DNA from: Oculina patagonica
Lineage: Eukaryota
Direction: 5' to 3'
Assembly (NCBI RefSeq): GCF_052425735.1
Contig: NC_135760.1
Span: 124,001 to 188,000 of the forward strand
DNA: 64,000 nucleotides
A program made the position numbers and the translations under genes. The notes beneath the pieces are model-generated. The model was not told the origin of the DNA. It ran no database searches and worked only from the letters and a program-made list of their open reading frames with translations. This document shows positions 44,101 through 53,100 of the stretch, piece by piece; within the stretch, counting starts at the first letter, position 1; each line of letters opens with the position of its first letter.

Positions 44101-47100
44101 TGATGTAATAGTTTATTGTATTATGGCTTTTGTTTCAAATCATTGTAAAACAGATCAAGTTCCCGTTTAAGAAGAATCGTCCAAAATATATATCACCTTA
44201 CAGGCTGATTTAGAGTTTACTCGTGCGACTAAGGTCATGTTAATACGCGTGTGCCTTTGTTACTGACGCGACAGTCGGATCGTAAGCTTGTTGCTTGTGA
44301 CAGTGGTAAAAGGTCGTACCGTCTAAATTGACTCTGCAACAAATTATTTTGCAAGTGTTATTTGATAAAATTAACACCACTTATCGTTTATGGAAAAAAT
44401 TCTATCATGGCAATTTGGTGGAATAAAAGGAAGGAAATTTTTGTCCCACGATGCTAATACACGTCTAAGCTTTTAAAGGGCCTTATTTTGTTTTACCTCT
44501 ACTGCTGCATCTCTGTTTAGGAGGAGATTGCTAACGTGCGAGGCCGTATGGAGTTTATCGTGGTCGCGTCAAACGAGCGACAGAAGGAACTGGAGAGTAC
44601 TTGGAGTACAGTTAAAAATCTGGATGAGCCAGTCCAGTCCCTCACGGTTCAGATCAAACAACGGCTTGGAGAGATCGAGTCGCTTTTGACAGAAGAAGAT
44701 CCCAAGAAACTAAGCAGGCGGGTCAAGGTAACTTACGTACATTTTATATTTTTCTTACCTATTATTCAGTCTAAATCCAAAAATATGAGCAACTGTAACA
44801 AGAGATCGCAGCTGGAATTAAACCCCATTGCAAGTTATTGTTGTGATAAACTAAGCCAGGCTGCATTTATTAACAGAACTGTTGATCGCGGGCTCTTAGT
44901 CTTCACATCTCATCTGTTACTGTAGAAATACAGCCAAATTTTCTGTGAGCTGTTTTTATAAAGGAAATATAGTGACAAAGGTCCTCAAATTTCTCTTTTA
45001 AAAGGCTTTAGATCACGAGGTGGCCAGCCTCAACTATCAGCTTGTGAATACGAATGAGACAGGGCAAGAAGTGGTACGCCATCTACAGGATACAGAGCAA
45101 GACCCAAGCATTGTTATAGACAAAGTGGACGGAATCAACAATCAGTGGGAACAGCTTCAAACTAAACTACTGGAGCTCAGAAATCGCGTTGAAGTCACGG
45201 TGAGTTCAGAAAGATCCTTCTTCACATATCTCGCTTTACGTTTCACGCTTCCCGCCTCACGTTTCACGTTTCATGCTTCACGCTACACGCTTCACGTTTT
45301 ATGCTTCACGTTTCACACTGCACGCGTTGTCCCTTCACTATTCACACTACCCGCTTTGCACCTTCACATTGTGTACCCATTAAAGCAGTTCTGAGGGTTA
45401 GTAATGTAGCTAGCCTTCTTGCCAAGTCCTATGTGGGTGACGTGACTGTCACTCTGGTCATGTCACGCTGTTTGTGGAGCATGGTGACGGTGAGACTCAG
45501 GTTGAGGTAAATACACTGTTTTGTATCGTTTATTTAAATGTTACATAATATCGGCGCTTAGCCACAGTTTGCTGTTTCATTTGGTGCTCAATGAATTGGT
45601 TTTTTGGTTCCACTTTCCTGTGTAAACTCTAAGGAAGCAAATGATAAACCATCTTCTGAAACATCTCTTCCAGTGTAAAATGCAGACTGCAGACTTATCC
45701 TAACCCTGACTAAACTAACCAAAACCTTATCTTAACCCTATTAATTAATCCTAACCCTAATGCTAGCATATGTCTTAAACTAACCGTTAAAGTAACCGTT
45801 AAGGTAATAGCTAATTTCAGTCTTCAGTCTGCATTTCACAACAATAACCGTTTTTGCATGTAAGACAGCTTATTATTCATTTGTGACTGAAGAGGGTACA
45901 AAAACTGGCGCTCGTTTTGTTGTAAAGATTCTCGTTAAAATATCAAAGAGTTTCTTTAACTTGCTATCTAATCAGCAAGCGGTACCAGTGCTCCGAAAGT
46001 TATCTTTTTTGGTTATCGCCATCAGGACACGTCATGGTTTTTACATGATCATTTAGCCATGTCGCAAAACGTTGGTCATAAGATCTGTGTCACAATATAT
46101 TTAGCGGTATTCTGTCTGTGATGTGCAAATTAAATTAATCAGATGCACTGCTGCAGGCAAAGTCTTTGTTTTACCCGTCAGTAACACTGAATCAAAGGAG
46201 GCCGCTGCTTACAGGCCAATTTTTTCGTAGCGATATCTCTTTAAGTAATTGTTAAGAATGCGGAAACCACAAGACACCAATAAATTCAGTTTTCGAGAAA
46301 ATACTGCTAGATACGTTCGTACTACTACATCAGTCAGGTTTAACTTGATGTGACGTGTAAACCTTGGTAACTCGACTTTTAGTCTTGCTGTATTTGTTTT
46401 GCAATTTATTATTTTGAGGCTCTTTACTTTTAATCTTAATGCTGCTTGATATTACTGCCCGTTGCGTTGAACGATCCTGAAATCATTTGCGATCATTTCC
46501 ATCTTGCCAGACCTGTTGGTAAATAAACAGGCTATATTGCAACAGTTCAATTCTTGGTGAACAATTGAGAAAGTTCTCGATATGCTGATTAGTTGCTGTC
46601 TTTAGCGTGAATGATGATTTGATGGCAGCGTCGTGGCACATAATCCAATTGGATCCGAAATGAAAGCTGTTTATCGAGTTTTTGGACTCTTTAGGAAGCG
46701 TGAGAAAGATGTGAGTTGTTTTCTTTAGTTATCCTTTATAGTAACAGAACGTTAAAGGGACAGCTGAAATATTTATCCCAAATGTTTCTCTTGATCCTCC
46801 TCCAGTCGAAAGCATTATCGTTTCTGTTCGGTTCAGTGTTACCTACATGACGTTTTTTCAGCTAAGTAAACTTTATTTTGAGGTTTAGTTCGATTTCGAC
46901 ACAATGCAACAATGTCTTTTTCAAACGTGACATAGCTAACTTGCGTGGAATTATTCTTTTAAACGCACGAGTTGCTTTCTGAGGTTGTTAATGCAAATTA
47001 TGTTAAAACCGACTGAAACTAGACTTTTGATGAACCGTAAAGCTCTCCCTGATGATAGCTAAACGGATCTGAAAATGTTGAACGAGACACTTATTCTTTC

Positions 47101-50100
47101 GCAACGTGCTACAAATGTCCTCTTGTTCACGACCATTGCTGCATGAAGGCGCTGACTTCCATCTGATCGCTAGCATTCGCGAGATAATTCGAGTAAATTG
47201 AAAACCGGACGTAAAATTGAGTATTTATCGACACGTGGCCCTCAATTTGATTCGTAACGGAGATTTGGCCCGTATACTGTCAGTCAAATAGCAAAATCAA
47301 ATCAGTTCTGATATAACCAGCGATCATACAGAAACAGACCGCATCTTTCAAATGAAAATGTTTTATATGTTAATTTATTCACCAATCTTTTAAACAAAAT
47401 TCGGAATTAATTCTCTGAGCTGAATATTTGTTTCGAAATTTGAACGGAAAACATGACAATCTCAAATAGCGATGGTGGTTTTATCTATCGTTTTCTTATT
47501 GTTTTTTGAAGGTTGTTTTCCCACTGGTGATTTCATTGCAAATATTCTTAATTCTCGGATGATATCCGCCCCGTCAGTATTGCGTGAGAAAAATTCTCGC
47601 GTGACATAAAGAGCAGTCGGACTCAGAAATTCAGTTTCCTTAATATCAGAGAAGGTTACTCAAGAAAGGGCGTATTTGAAATGTTTTGGGTGCCATTTGT
47701 TTAACTTTAAGCGATTGTTTATTTCGGCAACAAACACGTTATTACTTGGAACAATTTTTTGTTAGGAACTTACGAGAAGGTTGGCGTGGAGATCTGTGTG
47801 ATTTAAAAAAAAAATCTCTTGTTCTTGAAATTGTTCGTAGAATGTTATTCTAACAAATTACAGGCCTTGTAGGGGAATTATCGTCATTGATTTTCGATAT
47901 CGTTAATGATGACTCCTTAGTCCCTTGCTCAAATGCGTTTTCTAAGAATGTTGTACGTTTTCTTTGACAATTGCCCTTTTTAAAAAAAGGATTGCATTAC
48001 AATATAATCTAACGTGGGGCCGCGTTGAATGTCACTGTCATGCAAATTTTAAAAGTTAGCCGCGAAAATAAAAATAAAACTGGATGGCTAATTATTTAAC
48101 GTTGGTAACTTGCATTGTGATTGTCGCAGGGTTTGTTCTCTTCTTTATAATTTAAAAAAGTCATCTATATGTAAATTTATTTGAACAGCTTTGTTGTAGA
48201 CAAAACAAATAGTCTATATCTTCTCCCAACCAACCGATCAACCGAGCAAGAATGTAGAAACATTAAGTATGGACAAGGCGCTATGTAATATGTCAAGTGC
48301 GTAGCTAGGCGAGGACAGTTAAGAGTTTTTCTTAAGTTTAATGACATGCGTGGTATTTCCTTGTATCTTTAGGATGACGAGCCTCAGGCGGACAGTGATT
48401 CTACCGTTCCTTTTAAGGTCACAACGGTTAAAAAGAGTCAGCTCGAAGGATTTGAGGTTCCCAAAGCCGTTAAAACGGAGCCAAAAGTCCCAGAAGCTCC
48501 TGAAAAGTCAAGACTATCTGGTAGACCTTTCGAATTAGGAAAGCCTGTTTCAAGAACCTCAGATAGTGACGAGACAGTAGGGGACAAGTCTCCATTCGGA
48601 GTTACTACCGTTAAAAAGGGCACTATAGAAAGTTTTAACATTCCAGTTCCCTTCAAATCCGAACCAGAGACTAAACAAGAGGAGAAACCTGTTGCAGCAA
48701 GCAAGCCAGACAAAGATGCAAAAGAATTCGAGTGGGGAAAACCACTTCTTGGGGCATCATCTGATGAAGAAGATTATGAAGAAGAAGAAGACGACAGTGG
48801 GAGACAACCTCTTGTGTTTGAATCAGCAGCATCTGTTTATTTGGAGAAGGAACCAAGTGAGGTGAGTATTCCTTTGCAGCGTTCAGTAAGGAAGATAGTG
48901 AATCCTGAAGAAGAAGTAATCGAGGAATACGTTGATGAAGAAGGTCGTCGGGTAAAGAGGATTTCTAAGGTAACAACCACCAAGACAATAACAAGATTAG
49001 AGCGCCAAATACCTGCGCAGGAGATGGATGTCGATGTCCCTTCAGAGCCAAGAGAACACGTGGAGGAGTATACAGACGAACACGGTCAGCGAGTGAGAAG
49101 AGTAGTACGGACGTCGTTTACCACTTCTACCAAGACGGTGCTGCGAGATGGAGCAGTGAAGGTTGTCTTGCAACCTGGAGAACTTGGTGAACGTGAGCTT
49201 AGCGAAGGACCTGAGGATATAGAAAGAATCGAGACGTTTACCGCCGACGACGGCCGTCGTACACAAAAGCTCACCAAAGCCACATTTACAACTCATTTAA
49301 AAAGAAACGTACAACCTGTTACAGTCGAGTTGCCGTCATCAACGTCATTGCCTGCACAAAAGGATGACGAGCCGTCCATGAGCCAAAATGACGACGAAAA
49401 TATAAATCTTGCAAGAGTAGAAAGAACCGTTTCTTATCCAGAGTGGTTGGTAGCTGTCAAAGAGAAACCATCAGCGCCAAAAGAGATTTCTCTTGCATCA
49501 GTCCAGGTAGAGCCACATCGGCCTGTGTTGCCAACAGTAGATGCCACCGAAAGACCGTTTGTCATCGAGGAACTGTCAGCAACTGTTGTTGAAAGGCACC
49601 GACCTGTAATATCACTCCAGGATCTTGAAGATGAGGAAGAAAGCCCAGCAATACGCGAGCGCAAACGAATAGAACCTCCCGAGGGTCTGCCTGAGACACC
49701 TGAGATACCCAGAAAAAGGGCACACAAGGGGCCTTCACCTACACCTAACAAGGAGCCAGATTCAGAAACGCAAATAGAGATGGAAGACGACCGAGAAGAA
49801 GATGAACAATCAGAAGACGATGAAGGCGACGAGTTTGATGAAGAAATTGTAGTGTTGGAGATAAAAAGGCGCCCACGGGTTCCCAAATGGTTTGTTGCCG
49901 TGCCAGACGAGCCTGAAGAACCTGTCAATTTTGAAGGTTTGAATTATCCACAGAGAACTACCAAACCAGAGCTAACAGACGACGTAATGGAGAGTGTTAC
50001 TGCGACAACTTTGAATCGGGAAATAGTTATTCCTGAAATCGATGGAATGGAAGATGAGTCACCAGAAGAAGTTGAGGAGTATGTTGACGAGAACGGCGTT

Positions 50101-53100
50101 CGAGTGAGGCGAATTGTGAGGCGAACCATCACAACAACAGCTATCAAGAGAGAAGGTCAACAGATTGAACCAGTCGAGGTTACGTTTCCTGTAGCACCAT
50201 CAGAAGATGAGTCACCAGAGGAAGTGGAAGAGTATATTGATGAATATGGTGTTAGAGTGAGAAGAATTGTGAGGCGTACCATTACAACAACTACTATTAA
50301 GAGAGAAGGCCAGAAGATTGAACCAGTGGAAGTTAAATTTCCTGTAGCACCATCAGAAGATGAGTCACCTGAAGAAGTGGAAGAGTATATTGATGAGCAT
50401 GGTGTTCGAGTAAGGAGAATAGTGAGACGAACCATCACAACAAGAAGTGTTATTCGTACATCTGTTGATGAAGCAGAGGACGATCCACGTACAGAGGTGT
50501 TTGAGTCAGCGGCACCTGTTTACCTTGACTCTGAAGATGTTGTACCTTCAGTGCAAACTCGTGAAGTTGTCCTCCCTGAGTGGATGGAAGAGAGTGAACC
50601 AACATCAGAAGAACCTAGAGAGCCTACAGGTGAGATTTCCTTCTTAATTCGGCCATCTCGACCAACCAAACCAGAGCCAAAAGACGACGTCATGGAGAGT
50701 GTTACTGCAACAACTTTGAATCGGGAAATAGTTATTCCTGAAATCGATGGAATGGAAGATGAGTCACCAGAAGAAGTTGAGGAGTATGTTGACGAGAACG
50801 GCGTTCGAGTGAGGCGAATTGTGAGGCGAACAATCACAACAACAGCTATCAAGAGAGAAGGCCAACAGATTGAGCCAGTCGAGGTTACGTTTCCTGTAGC
50901 ACCATCAGAAGATGAATCGCCAGAAGAAGTAGAAGAGTATGTTGACGAGAACGGTGTTCGAGTGAGGCGAATAGTGAGGCGAACAATCACAACAACAACT
51001 ATCAAGAGAGAAGGTCAACAGATTGAGCCAGTCGAGGTTACGTTTCCTGTAGCACCACCAGAAGATGAATCGCCAGAGGAAGTGGAAGAGTATATTGATG
51101 AGAATGGTGTTAGAGTGAGGAGAATTGTGAGGCGAACAATAACAACAACTACTATTAAGAGAGAAGGCCAGAAGATTGAACCAGTGGAAGTTAAATTTCC
51201 TGTAGCACCATCAGAAGATGAGTCACCTGAAGAAGTGGAAGAGTATATTGATGAGCATGGTGTTCGAGTAAGGAGAATAGTGAGACGAACCATCACAACA
51301 AGAAGTGTTATTCGTACATCTGTTGATGAAGCAGAGGACGATCCACGTACAAAGGTGTTTGAGTCAGCGGCACCTGTTTACCTTGACTCTGAAGATGTTG
51401 TACCTTCAGTGCAAACTCGTGAAGTTGTCCTTCCTGAGTGGATGGAAGAGAGTGAACCAACATCAGAAGAACCTAGAGAGCCTACAGGTGAGATTTCCTT
51501 CTTAATTCGGCCATCTCGACCAACCAAACCTGAGCCAAAAGACGACGTCATGGAGAGTGTCACTGCAACAACTTTGAATCGGGAAATAGTTATTCCTGAA
51601 ATCAATGGAATGGAAGATGAGTCACCAGCAGAAGTTGAAGTGTATGTTGACGAGAATGGTGTTCGAGTGAGGCGAATTGTGAGGCGAACAATCACAACAA
51701 CAGCTATCGAGAGAAAAGGTCAACGGATTGAGCCTGTCGAAGTTCCGTTCCCTGTTGCACCATCAGAAGATGAATCGCCAGAAGAAGTGGAAGAGTATAT
51801 TGATGAAAATGGTGTTAGAGTGAGAAGAATTGTGAGGCGAACAATTACAACAACTACTATTAAGAAAGAAGGCCAGAAGATTGAACCAGTGGAAGTTAAA
51901 TTTCCTGTAGCACTATCAGAAGATGAGTCACCTGAAGAAGTGGAAGAGTATATTGATGAGCATGGTGTTCGAGTGAGGAGAATTGTGAGACGAACCATTA
52001 CAACAAGAAGTGTTATTCGTACATCTGATGATGAAGCGAAGGACGAACCATATAGAAAGGTGTTTGAGTCAGCAGCACCTGTTTACCTTGGCTCTGAAGA
52101 TGTTGTACCTTCAGTGCAAACTCGTGAAGTTGTCCTTCCTGAGTGGATGGAAGAGAGTGAACCAACATCAGGCGAACCTGGAAAACCTCCAGGGGAGATA
52201 TCCTTCTTAATTCTGCCATCTCGACCAACCAAACCTGAGCCAAAAGACCTCGATCACGACGACGTAATGGAGAGTGTCACTGCAACAACTTTGAATCGGG
52301 AAATAGTTATTCCTGAAATCGATGGAATGGAAGATGAGTCACCAGAAGAAGTTGAGGAGTATGTTGATGAGAACGGTGTTCGAGTGAGGAGAATTGTGAG
52401 GCGAACAATCACAACAACAACTATCAAGAGAGAAGGTCAACAGATTGAGCCTGTCGAGGTTACGTTTCCTGTAGCACCATCAGACGATGAATCGCCAGAG
52501 GAAGTGGAAGAGTATGTTGATGAGAATGGCGTTCGTGTGAGGCGATTGTGAGGCGAACAATTACAACAACAACTATCAAGAGAGAAGGCCAGAAGATTGA
52601 AACAGCCGAGGTTCAATTTCCTGTAGCCACGCCAGAAGATGAGTCACAGAGGAAGTAGAGGAAATATTGACGAAAATGGTGTTCGGGTGAGGAGAATTGT
52701 GAGGCGAACCATTACAACAGAATGTATCGTACTTCTGTTATGAGGAAGGACGACCAAGGAAAGTGTTGAGTCAGCGGCACCTGACTGACTCTGAAGATGT
52801 TGTACCTCATCCGTGAAGTCCTCCCTGAAGGAGGAAGAGAGTGAACAACACAGGGTACCTCCAGGGGACTCCACAGCCACTGACCACTGAGAAAAGACGA
52901 AAGGAGAGTGACTGCAAAAGAGGAGAAGAGAAAGAAAATGAGAGAAGTGGGGAAGGCGAAAAAAAAAGAGAGAAAGAGATGAAACGTAGCCAGGCGCAGA
53001 GGAAGGGAGAGAGTTGAGAGAACGGGGGGAGGGAGAGGCAACAAAATATCAGAGAGAAGGGGAGCCAGAAGAAAAGACTAAAGAAGGAGACACAAAGATT

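Noticed and set aside
45690-45800. Interstitial telomere (CCTAACCCT-like repeats)
   Set aside because: Short and degenerate, enclosed by AATGCAGACTG...CAGTCTGCATT inverted ends, so probably internal to a small MITE.
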